From NCBI GenBank assembly GCA_964653555.1, contig CAZZFT010000009.1, positions 1,040 to 65,039 on the forward strand: a DNA stretch of 64,000 nt, in the 5' to 3' direction. Source of the DNA: an uncultured Spirochaetales bacterium (GTDB lineage: Bacteria; Myxococcota_A; UBA9160; SMWR01). The position numbers and the translations under genes are program-made. Each line of letters begins with the position of its first letter. Positions within the stretch are counted from its first letter, which is position 1. Of this stretch, positions 19,762-29,475 are shown one piece after another. The notes under the pieces are model-generated. The model ran no database searches, had not been told where the DNA came from, and saw only the letters and a list, made by a program, of their open reading frames with translations.

Positions 19762-20511
19762 ATGAACGACGCGACGGTACGCGCGCTGGCCGAGATCAAT
19801 CGCACCTTCTACCGGGAGCGGGCGCGGGAGTTCAGCGCCGCGCGAGCGGCGCCCTGGCCGGGCTGGCAGGCCCTGGTGGCCCCGTTGCGCGAGCGCGCCG
19901 GAGCGGAGCCGCTGCGCGTGCTCGACGTCGGCTGCGGCAATGGCCGCTTCGCCCGCTTCCTCGCGAGCGCCCTGCCCGACCAAGCGCTCGCTCTCTGGGG
20001 CGTGGACGCCAGCGAGCCGCTGCTCGACGAGGCGCGCCGGGCGGGTCCGGAGGGCGCCCGCTGGCAGCCGGGCGACATCGTGGCCGAACCGGAGGCGCTG
20101 CCGGCGGGACCCTTCGACGCGATCGCCCTGCTCAACGTGATCCACGGCGTGCCGGGCCGCGCGCGGCGCCGCGACCTGCTGGCCGCCTGCGCCCGCCGCC
20201 TCGCGCCCGGCGGGCTGCTGGTCCTCACGACCTGGCGCTTCACCCGGGACGAGCGCGTGCGCGGACGGGTCCTTCCGTGGAATGCCTACAGTTCCCGGGC
20301 ACCTGTGCCGATCGATTGCTCACAGCTGGAGCCCGGTGACCACCTGCTGCCCTGGGGCGACGGCGACCAGACGGTGCGTTACATCCATGCCTTCGACGAC
20401 AGCGAGATCGCGGCCTGCATCGAGACGCTTCCCCTCGCCCTGGAGCGCCGCTACACCGCCGACGGCCGCACGGGCGACCAGAACGAGTACTTCCTCCTGC
20501 GCGCCCCGTGA
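19762..20511 (+). CDS. Class I SAM-dependent methyltransferase
   Basis: VLDVGCGNGRFARFL motif I. Divergent from elp3 with only 30 nt between the start codons. Confidence 0.75.
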   Translation: MNDATVRALAEINRTFYRERAREFSAARAAPWPGWQALVAPLRERAGAEPLRVLDVGCGNGRFARFLASALPDQALALWGVDASEPLLDEARRAGPEGARWQPGDIVAEPEALPAGPFDAIALLNVIHGVPGRARRRDLLAACARRLAPGGLLVLTTWRFTRDERVRGRVLPWNAYSSRAPVPIDCSQLEPGDHLLPWGDGDQTVRYIHAFDDSEIAACIETLPLALERRYTADGRTGDQNEYFLLRAP

Positions 20512-20527
20512 CCCTTCCGAGGCCCGG

Positions 20528-21265
20528 ATGACCCGAGACGGCTCCGCCGAGGCGGTCCGCCAGCGCGTGATCGGAGTCGCCGCGATCGGGCGCGCGCTCG
20601 ACGCGGGCGATCCGGTGCAGTGCCTGGTGGTACCCGAGGGCCCGATGGCGCCGGAGCTGTCCCGGCTGTGCGAGCGGGCGGAAGCGGCGGGCGTCGAGGT
20701 CGTGCGCGGCGGCGAGCGGCGCCGCGTCCGACTCGCCGGCGGCGCCGAGGCCGTCGCCCTCGTCGGTCCGCCCCGCGACGTCGACCTCGACACCGTGATG
20801 GCGCGGGGCGGGGCCGTGTGGCTGCTGGTCGGCGCCGCCTACCCGGGGAACGTGGGCGCCGCGATCCGCACCACCGAGGTGAGCGGAGCCGACGGCGTCT
20901 ACATCGACAACGCCTTCGACCACGCGCAGCGCCGCGAGGCGCGCCGCGCGTCGATGCGCGCCGACCGCTTCCTACCCGTCGCCTGGGAGCGCGCCGGCGC
21001 GGTGATCGGCGCGGCGCGCCGCGCCGGGAAGACCGTGATCGGAATCGAGGACAGCGGCACGGCGCCGCCCTGGCGGACGGCGCTCGCGGGCCCGGTGCTG
21101 CTGATCGCCGGCGCCGAAGCCGACGGAGTACCGGCGGCCCTGCTGCGCCGCTGCGACGCGGTGACGCGCATCCCGATGGCGGGGTTCGTCGCGTCCTACA
21201 ACCTGCAGGCCGCGGTGGCGATCGTCGCCGCCGAACGGCTGCGCCAGCGGGAGGATCGGCGATGA
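20528..21265 (+). CDS. SpoU/TrmH-family RNA 2'-O-methyltransferase
   Basis: ...LLVGAAYPGNVGAAIRT...VIGIEDSG...LLIAGAEADGV...RIPMAGFVASYNLQAAVAI. Confidence 0.8.
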   Translation: MTRDGSAEAVRQRVIGVAAIGRALDAGDPVQCLVVPEGPMAPELSRLCERAEAAGVEVVRGGERRRVRLAGGAEAVALVGPPRDVDLDTVMARGGAVWLLVGAAYPGNVGAAIRTTEVSGADGVYIDNAFDHAQRREARRASMRADRFLPVAWERAGAVIGAARRAGKTVIGIEDSGTAPPWRTALAGPVLLIAGAEADGVPAALLRRCDAVTRIPMAGFVASYNLQAAVAIVAAERLRQREDRR

Positions 21266-22002
21266 TGAGCATCACCCGGGATCGCTTCGGCCTGCTTCCG
21301 ATCTATCTGTCCACCCGCCAGACGGCCCAGCGCGTCGGCGCCGTGTTCGTGCTCGCCGCCGCGGTGAGCTGGATCGCCGCCGGCTACGACCTGGGCGAGG
21401 TGCGCACGCTCTCCGCCATCCAGGCCGGCTCCTCGCTCGACGCCGCTCAGCGCGTCGCCCACGCCCGCGCCGGGTCGCTGCTCACGGCGGCCCAGCTCCT
21501 GTGCGCCGGGCTGGCGTGCGCCGCCTTCGTGCCCTGGCTGTACCGGGCGCGCTGCAACCTGCGCGCCCTGGGCGTGCGGCGGCTGCGCTTCCGACGGGAG
21601 TGGGCCTACCTGGGCTTCTTGATCCCGCTGCTCAACACCTACCGTCCGTATCAGGTGATGAGCGAGGTGTGGCGCGGGAGCGACCCGGACAGCAGCGACC
21701 CGATCGCGTGGCTGCGCATGCGTGCCCCGCTGCTGGTGGTCGCCTGGTGGGTTCTCTTGCTGGCGTGGGTGGCGATGGAGCTGCTCGCGGCGCTGATCCT
21801 CGAGCTGGCGACGGGCCTGCCGCGGATCCAGCTGGCCCACGCCATGCACCTCGTCGCCGACGTGTGCGCGGCGACGAGCGCCAGCCTCGGCTACTTCGTG
21901 GTGACGAGCGTCTCCCGGGCCCAGGACGAGAAGTGGCGCGCGACGGGCGGCGCGACCGACGAGCGGGCGCTGCCGCTGGAGCGCGGTCCGGTGACCGCGT
22001 AG
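21262..22002 (+). CDS. DUF4328-like membrane protein
   Basis: The ATG overlaps the trmH-like stop (ATGA). ...WLYRARCNLRALG...WAYLGFLIPLLNTYRPYQVMSEVWRGSDP. Confidence 0.6.
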   Translation: MMSITRDRFGLLPIYLSTRQTAQRVGAVFVLAAAVSWIAAGYDLGEVRTLSAIQAGSSLDAAQRVAHARAGSLLTAAQLLCAGLACAAFVPWLYRARCNLRALGVRRLRFRREWAYLGFLIPLLNTYRPYQVMSEVWRGSDPDSSDPIAWLRMRAPLLVVAWWVLLLAWVAMELLAALILELATGLPRIQLAHAMHLVADVCAATSASLGYFVVTSVSRAQDEKWRATGGATDERALPLERGPVTA

Positions 22003-22007
22003 TCGCG

Positions 22008-23366
22008 TCACTCGCGCGCCGCCACCGGCTCGGGCGGCGACGTGCCCGCGAGCACCACCGCGGCCACCAGCGCGACCGCCACCAGCACCCCGAGGCCGAA
22101 GGGGTAGCCGCCTCGGATCGCGTACAGCGCGCCGAGGGCGAGCGGTCCCAGGCCGCTCGCCGTCTGCGTGACCATCTGGAGCAGGCCGAGCACCGCTCCG
22201 AAGGAGCGCACGCCGAACAGGTCCGCCACGAACAGCGGCTGCAGCATGAACAGGTTGCCGATCGTGAAGCCGAAGCACGCCGAGGCGATGAACAGCACCC
22301 CCGCGGACTCGGCGAGCGCGAAGGTGGACACCGCTCCGGCCTGGAGCACGATCAGTGCCACGCCCAGCCTCCGCTGATCGACGCGATCGGCGAAGCGTCC
22401 CACCACCAGCCGCGCCACGATGCTGCCCCCGGCCGTGGTGGAGAGGGCGAGCGCGGCGAGCTGCGGATCCATGTGGGCGCGCAGGATCGAGATCTGGTGC
22501 ATCGCCGTCGCCACCTGACAGAACAGGATCCCGCCGAATCCGCCCACCAGGCGCCAGAAGGTCGCCGTACGCAGCGCCTCGCGCTGGGTCCAGACGCGGC
22601 CGAGCGGCGCGGACGGGCGCCGGGGGTCGGGGGGCGCGCCGCCGTCCGGGAACAGGCCGAGCGGGCGCGGGTCGTCGCGCAGGACCCAGGCCGTCACCGG
22701 CAGGACGATCGCAACGACGAGCAGCGCCAGGAGCTGCGTCGCCCGGGCGAGTCCCTGCTCGTGGACGATCCGGCTGACCAGCGGAACCAGGACGACGCCG
22801 CCCACCGAGACGCCGGTCTGGGCGATGCTCATCGCCTGGGCCCGCCGCGTCTCGAACCAGCGCGTGATGATCGCGGCGGCCGGGATCGCCCCGGCCATCG
22901 CGAAGCCGACCGCGAGCAGCGGGTAGACGGCCCACAGCTGCCACGGCTGCGAAACCCGCCCGACACCGATCAGCGCACCCGCCATCACCAGCGAGCCGGC
23001 CGCGATCCAGATCCGGGGTCCTGTGCGGTCGACGGCGCGCCCCACCCACGGCCCCACCAGCCCCGTCGTGACGAAGTAGAGCGTCGTCGCGAAGGAGACC
23101 TGGGTGCGAGGCCAGCCGCGCTCGCTGCACAGCGCGTCGAGGAACACGGCCATCGCGTAGAAGCCGATGCCGACGACGATGAAGGCGTTGAGCGACGCTC
23201 CGAGCGCCAGGATCCAGCCGTAATAGTGGCCGGGGGCGAGGCGCTGGAGCGGCGGGCGACCTGCGAAGGGGGGCAAACGGGATCTCGGGTGCGCGCGGTG
23301 CGCGGACGCTAGCCCGCAATCCGCCGCCGGGCGCCCGCGACGGCCCGGCGGGCCCACCGGCAACAT
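22008..23366 (-). CDS. MFS transporter (OFA-like)
   Basis: 12-helix hydrophobic profile. The first ~35 codons from ATG 23366 are not MFS-like, so the true start may be TTG 23276. Confidence 0.75.
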   Translation of the reverse strand: MLPVGPPGRRGRPAADCGLASAHRAHPRSRLPPFAGRPPLQRLAPGHYYGWILALGASLNAFIVVGIGFYAMAVFLDALCSERGWPRTQVSFATTLYFVTTGLVGPWVGRAVDRTGPRIWIAAGSLVMAGALIGVGRVSQPWQLWAVYPLLAVGFAMAGAIPAAAIITRWFETRRAQAMSIAQTGVSVGGVVLVPLVSRIVHEQGLARATQLLALLVVAIVLPVTAWVLRDDPRPLGLFPDGGAPPDPRRPSAPLGRVWTQREALRTATFWRLVGGFGGILFCQVATAMHQISILRAHMDPQLAALALSTTAGGSIVARLVVGRFADRVDQRRLGVALIVLQAGAVSTFALAESAGVLFIASACFGFTIGNLFMLQPLFVADLFGVRSFGAVLGLLQMVTQTASGLGPLALGALYAIRGGYPFGLGVLVAVALVAAVVLAGTSPPEPVAARE

Positions 23367-23434
23367 GGCGTCGCAGCAGCCCGTCCCGCTTTTCTCAACC
23401 GACGCGCGCGCCCGTCCGATGAAGATCGGGAATC

Positions 23435-26047
23435 ATGCCGTCCTCGCGCACCGTCGCCGCCCTGCTCGCGCTCGCACCGTGCGTGCTGATCGCGGCGGGC
23501 GTGGCTGCCGACCCGCCGGCGGATCCGGCGCCGGGTGCCCTGAGCATCGAGCAGGCCGCGGACTGGATCGAGTCGGACGCGCGGAGCGCGGACGCACCCG
23601 CGCCCGCTGCGCCGGGCCGGGCCGGGCTACGCGCCGAGCGCGGCTGGCGATCGGGGCCCGACGGTGACTGGCGCCGGCGCGCCGAGGGCGTGGCCCGGCG
23701 CGTGTCGGCGCGCCTGCCGCCCTTCCTGAGCGACGGACTCGAGCAGCTCCAGCGCGGCGAGCTCACGCGGCACGCCCAGCGCATGCTGGCCCTGATCGGC
23801 GTGCTGCTGCTGCTGCTCGGCGCGCTCGCGCGCCGCTCGCGCGGACACGGCGCGATCGCGGTCCGCATCGATTATCCCGCCGGGCTGCGCGGCACCTTCT
23901 GCGTGCGTCTCCGGTCGCGCTCGGTCGGCGCCTCGCGGGCCGGGAAGGTCTCCTCGCCCAGCGACGCCGAGCGGGCGCGCCACGCCTCGGCGAGCGCGAC
24001 CCGCACGGCGCACTATGGCGTCTCCCGCGAGACGCTCTTCCTCGCCGTTCCCTGCCGGCGGCACTACGTCACCGTGGACGGCTACCTCCAGACCTCCGAG
24101 AGCGAGGACATCGTCGCCGCGCACGTCGCCGAGCAGCAGGTGGTGCCGAGCCGCGACGCCACGGTGCGCATCGCCTTCGACTTCGCGCCACACGCCTGCC
24201 CCGTCGAGGTGCGCGTCACCTGGGACCGGCGCGCGGTCGAGGAGGCGCGCATCGCCCGCTACGGCGCTCCCGGATCCCTGCGTTTCGCGCGCGGGCCGGT
24301 ACAGTTCACCCTCGACCGGGGCGTCCACAAGCTGCTCGCCGGCCGCAACGACCGCGTGGCCGAGGCGACGGTGGAGGTCGACTCCTTCGAGCCGCGCGTG
24401 CTGGTAATCGATCTCGGCGAGCGCTCCCAGCTGCTGTTCTCGGGCTGCCCCCAGGCCGTCGAGCCCTATCTGAACGGCGACGTCGCCACCGCCGCGCGCG
24501 CCCTCGAGCGCGACGGACAGACCGAGACGGCGAACCTGCTGCTCGCGCGCTTCCACGAGGAGCACGGGCAGCGAGAGAGCGCGGCGCGCCACTACGAGCT
24601 GGCGGGCCGGCACGCCGCCGCCGCCGAGCACTACGAGACGCTGGGCCAGTACGCGCGCGCGGCGACCCTGTTCGAATCGATCGGCGAGGACGAACGCGCC
24701 GGCGCGATGTTCCGCTCGGCCGGTGAGCTGCTGCGCGCCGGCGAAGCCTACGTGCGCGCCGACGCCTTCGACAGCGCCATCGAGTGCTTCCGCCGCGCCG
24801 GCGACGTGACGCGCTGGATCGAAGCGCTCTCGAAGCACGGCGACCACCTCGGCGCCGCGGAGGTGGCGCTCGAGCGCGGTGATCGCGCCCAGGCGATCTC
24901 GTGCCTGAACCGCGTGTCCGTGTCGGCGGCCGAGTATCCCCGGGCCGTGCTGCACCTGGCCGAGGCCTACGAGCGGGAGGGCCACCGCGACCTCGCGATC
25001 CGCAAGCTCGAGGAGATGATGGCGACGCGCCCCGAGGCGGAGGTGCCCAACGAGGCGCTCGACCGCCTGGCCAGCCTGTGCGAGGCCACGCGCGACTACC
25101 AGCGCGCCCTCCAGCTCCTGGATCAGCTGCGCATGCGCGACGCCACCTGGCCGCACCTCGCCACCCGGGTCGAGGCGCTGCGCAAGGCGCGCAGCAGCCA
25201 GACTACGAACCCGGACAGCTCGCCGGTGGGCCACGTCGCCGAGGGCTTCGGCGAGGCCTTCCGCTACGAGATCGTCGAGGAGGTGGGCCGCGGCGGCATG
25301 GGCGTCGTGTTTCGCGCGCGCGACCGGCGCCTCGGCCGCGAGGTGGCGCTGAAGCGGCTGCCCGACAACCTGCGCAATCACCCGAAGGCGATCGAGCTGT
25401 TCCTGCGCGAGGCGCGGGCCGCGGCCGCGCTCAACCACCCCAACATCGTCACGCTCTTCGACGCGGGACGGGAGGGCGACACCTTCTATCTCACGATGGA
25501 GCTGCTGCGCGGAAGCCCACTCCAGCGGATCCTGCGCGAGAAGGGACGACTCCCGGCGAGCGCCGTGGCGAAGATCGGCGGCCAGGTGGCGAACGGGCTC
25601 CAGTACGCCCACGAGCAGGGCATCGTCCACCGCGACGTGAAGACCGCCAACCTCTTCTTCACCGACAAGAAGGTCGTGAAGATCATGGACTTCGGTCTCG
25701 CGAAGATGGTGGAAGAGGTGCGGCGCAGCTCGACGGTGATCGGCGGCACGCCCTACTACATGGCCCCCGAGCAGAGCGCCGGCGAGCAGGTGGACCACCG
25801 CGCCGACCTCTACGCCCTCGGCGTCACCTTCTTCGAGCTGCTCACCGGCAGCGTTCCCTTCAAGGACGGCGACGTCGCCTTCCACCACCGGCACACGCCG
25901 GCGCCAGGTGTGCGCGACCTCGCGCCGGGAACGCCCGAGCCGCTGGCCGCCCTGGTGGCGGGCCTGCTCGCGAAGCGCCCCGCCGACCGCATCCGCTCCG
26001 CGGGCGAGGTGGTGCGCCGACTGGCCGAGATCGCGCGCACGCTGTAG
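23435..26047 (+). CDS. Membrane Ser/Thr protein kinase: signal peptide, TM helix, unknown domain, TPR-like repeats, C-terminal Hanks kinase
   Basis: 870 aa. Kinase motifs GRGGMGVVF, ALK, HRDVKTANL, DFGLA, APE are all in the last ~290 aa. TM segment MLALIGVLLLLLGALA near residue 120. Confidence 0.85.
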   Translation: MPSSRTVAALLALAPCVLIAAGVAADPPADPAPGALSIEQAADWIESDARSADAPAPAAPGRAGLRAERGWRSGPDGDWRRRAEGVARRVSARLPPFLSDGLEQLQRGELTRHAQRMLALIGVLLLLLGALARRSRGHGAIAVRIDYPAGLRGTFCVRLRSRSVGASRAGKVSSPSDAERARHASASATRTAHYGVSRETLFLAVPCRRHYVTVDGYLQTSESEDIVAAHVAEQQVVPSRDATVRIAFDFAPHACPVEVRVTWDRRAVEEARIARYGAPGSLRFARGPVQFTLDRGVHKLLAGRNDRVAEATVEVDSFEPRVLVIDLGERSQLLFSGCPQAVEPYLNGDVATAARALERDGQTETANLLLARFHEEHGQRESAARHYELAGRHAAAAEHYETLGQYARAATLFESIGEDERAGAMFRSAGELLRAGEAYVRADAFDSAIECFRRAGDVTRWIEALSKHGDHLGAAEVALERGDRAQAISCLNRVSVSAAEYPRAVLHLAEAYEREGHRDLAIRKLEEMMATRPEAEVPNEALDRLASLCEATRDYQRALQLLDQLRMRDATWPHLATRVEALRKARSSQTTNPDSSPVGHVAEGFGEAFRYEIVEEVGRGGMGVVFRARDRRLGREVALKRLPDNLRNHPKAIELFLREARAAAALNHPNIVTLFDAGREGDTFYLTMELLRGSPLQRILREKGRLPASAVAKIGGQVANGLQYAHEQGIVHRDVKTANLFFTDKKVVKIMDFGLAKMVEEVRRSSTVIGGTPYYMAPEQSAGEQVDHRADLYALGVTFFELLTGSVPFKDGDVAFHHRHTPAPGVRDLAPGTPEPLAALVAGLLAKRPADRIRSAGEVVRRLAEIARTL

Positions 26048-26303
26048 GCGAGCGTTGCGAACTCGATCCCCCAGCCGAAGCCGCCAGTGACGCGCGCGAG
26101 GCTTTCGACGCAAACGTCAAGAGCGACTCGCCGCGTTCCACCGCGAAGGCCATCGGTCGGTCACGCTTCGGATGCGGGATGCATCGCAGATCGGCGCGTT
26201 CATGCCTTCGCTCCGGCGGGGGTCCTTCGGAACGAACTCCCCGCGCGGACGGGATCGCGGTCGCAGATCGGACGCGCCGAGAGTCCCGCGCAGGCGAGGA
26301 CTC

Positions 26304-26567
26304 GTGCGCGGAGGGGGGAGTCTACTGCGAACCCTGGTCCCGGTCGCCCGCCGACGTCTCACCGCGGAGCTCATCGACCTGCTGCTGCTATGCGGCACCT
26401 CCCTCGCCCGGGCCGACTGGGTGCCGAGCCTGGTCAGCAACGCCCTGGCGAACGAGTTTCGACCCGCCATCTCGGGCACGACCGTGGTCTGGCACCGGGG
26501 CGACGGCACCTACGCCCACGTCTTCGTCTGGGACGGGACGACCACGAGCCAGGTCAGCAACTCCAGG
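26304..26567 (+). pseudogene. N-terminal fragment of a secreted protein, cut off by repeat copy 1
   Basis: Signal-like LIDLLLLCGTSLARA, then ISGTTVVWHRGDGTYAHVFVWDGTTTSQVSNS. The reading frame runs straight into the repeat at 26568. Confidence 0.35.
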
Positions 26568-26601
26568 AGGATAGGCAGTCTAAGCTCTGGATTCGCGCCA
26601 G
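26568..26601 (+). repeat. Copy 1 of the AGGATAGGCAGT... terminal repeat (34 bp retained)
   Basis: aggataggcagtctaagctctggattcgcgccag. The outer boundary is identical to copies 2, 4 and 5, and CAGG upstream is shared with copy 2. Confidence 0.8.
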
Positions 26602-26900
26602 CCGGACCGATCGACAACCTCGTTCTCGTGGAGCTCGCCAGCGACGGCACCACGGCGGACCAGATCGTCCGCGTAGGCCGCGAAATCGTCGCCGAAGTCG
26701 AAGCCGGCGCAGAAGCTCCGGCCCGCGCCGCGCAGCACGATCACGCGGACCCCGGGATCGCGGTTGGCGCGGATCACCGCGGCCTCGATCTCGTCCGGCA
26801 TCGGCGACACGATCGTGTTGAGCCGCTCGGGACGGTTGAGCGTGATGCTGGAGACCGGACCGTCGGTCGCGTACAGCAGGGTCTCGAATGCCTTTTCCAT
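26580..26900 (-). pseudogene. Enoyl-CoA hydratase/isomerase (crotonase) family, N-terminal ~90 aa only
   Basis: MEKAFETLLYATDGPVSSITLNRPERLNT...VIVLRGAGRSFCAGFDFG, then it degenerates and stops inside or next to repeat copy 1. A full crotonase is ~260 aa. Confidence 0.7.
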
Positions 26901-26949
26901 GACTCTCTCCCTTCCTTTGTCTCGTTCGCTTGACGGAGTAAAGTGAATC

Positions 26950-26970
26950 TACTTCACTTTTCAAGAGCGA
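26950..26970. promoter_or_regulatory. 8-bp inverted repeat AAAGTGAA-N5-TTCACTTT in the divergent intergenic region (operator candidate)
   Basis: Perfect palindrome in an AT-richer 80-nt gap between the crotonase remnant and the SDR gene. TTGACG (-35-like) at 26940-26945. Confidence 0.3.
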
Positions 26971-27016
26971 CCAGCGCCGCGTGGAGGTTTCACACAGCCA
27001 GGTGTCGGAGCGCAGC

Positions 27017-27805
27017 GTGGGACTCGAAGGAAGGACGGCCCTGGTGACCGGCGCCGCGCGCGGGATCGGGCGCGTGATCGCCCGGGTTCTGGCGGAGTCG
27101 GGCGCGCGGGTGGCGCTGGCGGACCGCGACGCCGACGTGAACCGCACGGCGGAGGATCTGCGCGCGCGCGGATACCCGGCTTCCGGCGTCTGCTTCGACG
27201 TCGCTTCCGCTGACGCGGTGCGCGACGGTGTCGAGCGCGTGCGCAGCGAGCTAGGCGCCATCGACGTACTGATCAGCAACGCGGGCATCGTCGACCACAT
27301 CGCGCCGCTAACGAAGATGAAGCCGGAGCGCTGGGCCCGGGAGCTCGACGTCAATCTCGGGGGAGCCTTCCACCTGCTCCAGGCCCTGCTGCCCGGGATG
27401 GTCGAGCGGCGCCACGGCCGCATCGTCCTGATCTCGTCGGTGGCGGCCGTCGGCGGGCTCCATCACCAGGCCGGCTATGCCGCCAGCAAGGCGGGGCTGC
27501 TGGGCCTGGCCAAGACCGTCACCCTCGAGCACGCGCGCCATGGCATTACCTGCAACGTCGTGCTGCCGGGCCTGATCGAGACCGAGAACGTGGCGGCGAT
27601 GCCGGCGGAGATCCGCGAGGCCTCCATCGCGATCACCCCGGCGCGTCGGCTCGGCCGGATGGAAGAGGTCGCGCAGCTGGTGGCCTTCCTCGCGTCCGAC
27701 GAGGCGGGCTTCATCAACGGCGCCGAAATCCGGATCGACGGGGGCTTCAGCCTCAACACCGCGACGCTCGGCAGCCGCAAGGAGCTGCGCGGCGCGGGGT
27801 CCTGA
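27017..27805 (+). CDS. SDR-family oxidoreductase (FabG-like)
   Basis: TALVTGAARGIG, NAG, YAASKAG motifs. GTG 27017 follows GGAG; the ORF-track start GTG 26981 is the alternative. Confidence 0.85.
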   Translation: MGLEGRTALVTGAARGIGRVIARVLAESGARVALADRDADVNRTAEDLRARGYPASGVCFDVASADAVRDGVERVRSELGAIDVLISNAGIVDHIAPLTKMKPERWARELDVNLGGAFHLLQALLPGMVERRHGRIVLISSVAAVGGLHHQAGYAASKAGLLGLAKTVTLEHARHGITCNVVLPGLIETENVAAMPAEIREASIAITPARRLGRMEEVAQLVAFLASDEAGFINGAEIRIDGGFSLNTATLGSRKELRGAGS

Positions 27806-27857
27806 AGCCGCGGAAGTGCCGGCGCGAGCCGGCGCGCAAAGACGGAGGCCGGGATTC

Positions 27858-29462
27858 ATGGCGCAGCGATGCACGCAGTCGCAGATTCCGTTGAAGCCGG
27901 TCTACGGCCCGCGGGATCTCGAGGGATGGGATCCGGCCGAGAGGCTCGGGGATCCGGGCAGCTTCCCCTACACGCGCGGCGCGCGGGCCCACCCGGAGGA
28001 GCGCGGCGGCTGGATCCAGCGCGAGCTATCCGGCGAGGGCGATGCAGCGCGCTCGAACGCGCAGTTCAAGTATCTGCTCTCCAAAGGGCAGACGGGCCTC
28101 GACATCATCGGCGACACGCCCACCATGGGCTGCCTCGACCCGGACCACCCCTTCGCCGAGCACGCGGTCGGCACCCAGGGCGTGTCGCTGTGCCGCCTGG
28201 ACGACTACCGCGAGCTCTACCGCGATCTCCCGCTCGACAGGATCACGCTCTCCCATTCGCTCCAGCCGACCTTCGCGCTGGCGGGGCTCTACTGTGTCGC
28301 CCGCGAGCGCGGGATCCCACCGGCCAGCCTGCGGGGCTCCGTGCTCCAGGTGCCCTTCTATTGTGAAGACACCGGCTACGCGATCCACATGCCCTTCGAT
28401 CTGCGCCTGCGCCTGGCCGTGGATTCGATCGCCTTCTGCAGCCGGGAGATGCCCCGCTTCCACTCTTTTCTGGAGGACACCTACTACATCAGCGACGGGG
28501 GGCTCGACGCGGTCGAAGAGATGGCCCTCGGCTTCGTCGAGATCCGCGGCATCGTGCGGGCGCTGCTCGCGCGCGGCGTCGCAATCGACAGCTTCGCACC
28601 CCGGATCGCCATCCTCGTGAACTGCCGCATGGACTTCTTCGAGGAGATCGCCAAGATCCGAGCTACCCGTCGGCTCTTCGCCCGCATGCTGCGCGACGAG
28701 TTCGGCGCCCGGGATCCCCGCTCGCTGGCGGTGAACGTGGCCGCGCACACCTCCGGCCTCTCGCTCACCGCGCAGCAGCCCGTGAACAACGTGGTGCGCG
28801 GCGCCACCCAGGCCCTCGCGCTCGCGCTCGCCGGCGCCCAGGCCATCGAAGTCTCCACCTTCGACGAGGCCTTCCGGATTCCGAGCCCCGAGGCGCACCT
28901 GGTCGGGCTGCGCACCCAGCAGGTGATCCAGCTCGAATCGGGCGTGACGCGCGTCGCCGATCCCCTCGCCGGCTCCTACTTCGTGGAATCGCTCACCGAC
29001 GAGATGGAGCGGCGGATCGAGGAGCGGGTGCGCCAGATCGAGGCGGTGGGCGAACCCGCGCAGCTGTGCGAGTCCGGTTACTTCCGGAAGATCTTCCTGG
29101 GCGCGATGGAGCGCTACGCGCGGGAGCTGGGCGACGGCACGCTGCCCAAGGTCGGCGTGAACCAGCACGTGATCCCCGAGGAGGAGGACCTGCTGCTGCG
29201 CGAGGTGGCCGAGGAGAAGATCGAGCCGTTCCGGGAGCGGATCGCGGCGGTCCGCGAACACCGGAAGCGGCGCGATGCCGCGCAGGTGAGGAGCGCCCTC
29301 CAGTCGCTGCATGCCCGCGCCTCCGACCGCGCCGCCAACCTGATGGGAGACGTCGTGGCGGCCACGCAGGCCGGCGCCACGCTGGGAGAGATGGCCGGGG
29401 TGCTGCGCATGGCCTACGGCCAGCCCGCCGATCCCTTCGGATTGCTCGAGGATCCGATCTGA
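27858..29462 (+). CDS. Methylmalonyl-CoA mutase family, catalytic (large) subunit
   Basis: 534 aa from ATG 27858 (GGAGG RBS). ...PGSFPYTRG..., ...NNVVRGATQALALALAGAQAIEVSTFDEA... Confidence 0.85.
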   Translation: MAQRCTQSQIPLKPVYGPRDLEGWDPAERLGDPGSFPYTRGARAHPEERGGWIQRELSGEGDAARSNAQFKYLLSKGQTGLDIIGDTPTMGCLDPDHPFAEHAVGTQGVSLCRLDDYRELYRDLPLDRITLSHSLQPTFALAGLYCVARERGIPPASLRGSVLQVPFYCEDTGYAIHMPFDLRLRLAVDSIAFCSREMPRFHSFLEDTYYISDGGLDAVEEMALGFVEIRGIVRALLARGVAIDSFAPRIAILVNCRMDFFEEIAKIRATRRLFARMLRDEFGARDPRSLAVNVAAHTSGLSLTAQQPVNNVVRGATQALALALAGAQAIEVSTFDEAFRIPSPEAHLVGLRTQQVIQLESGVTRVADPLAGSYFVESLTDEMERRIEERVRQIEAVGEPAQLCESGYFRKIFLGAMERYARELGDGTLPKVGVNQHVIPEEEDLLLREVAEEKIEPFRERIAAVREHRKRRDAAQVRSALQSLHARASDRAANLMGDVVAATQAGATLGEMAGVLRMAYGQPADPFGLLEDPI

Positions 29463-29475
29463 TGGGAGACGCGCC

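Noticed and set aside
26690-26705. YADD tetrapeptide (reverse-transcriptase-like) in ORF 26580-26900
   Set aside because: It lies within a clear crotonase N-terminal fragment (FGDDFAAYADDLV), and no other RT motifs occur nearby.
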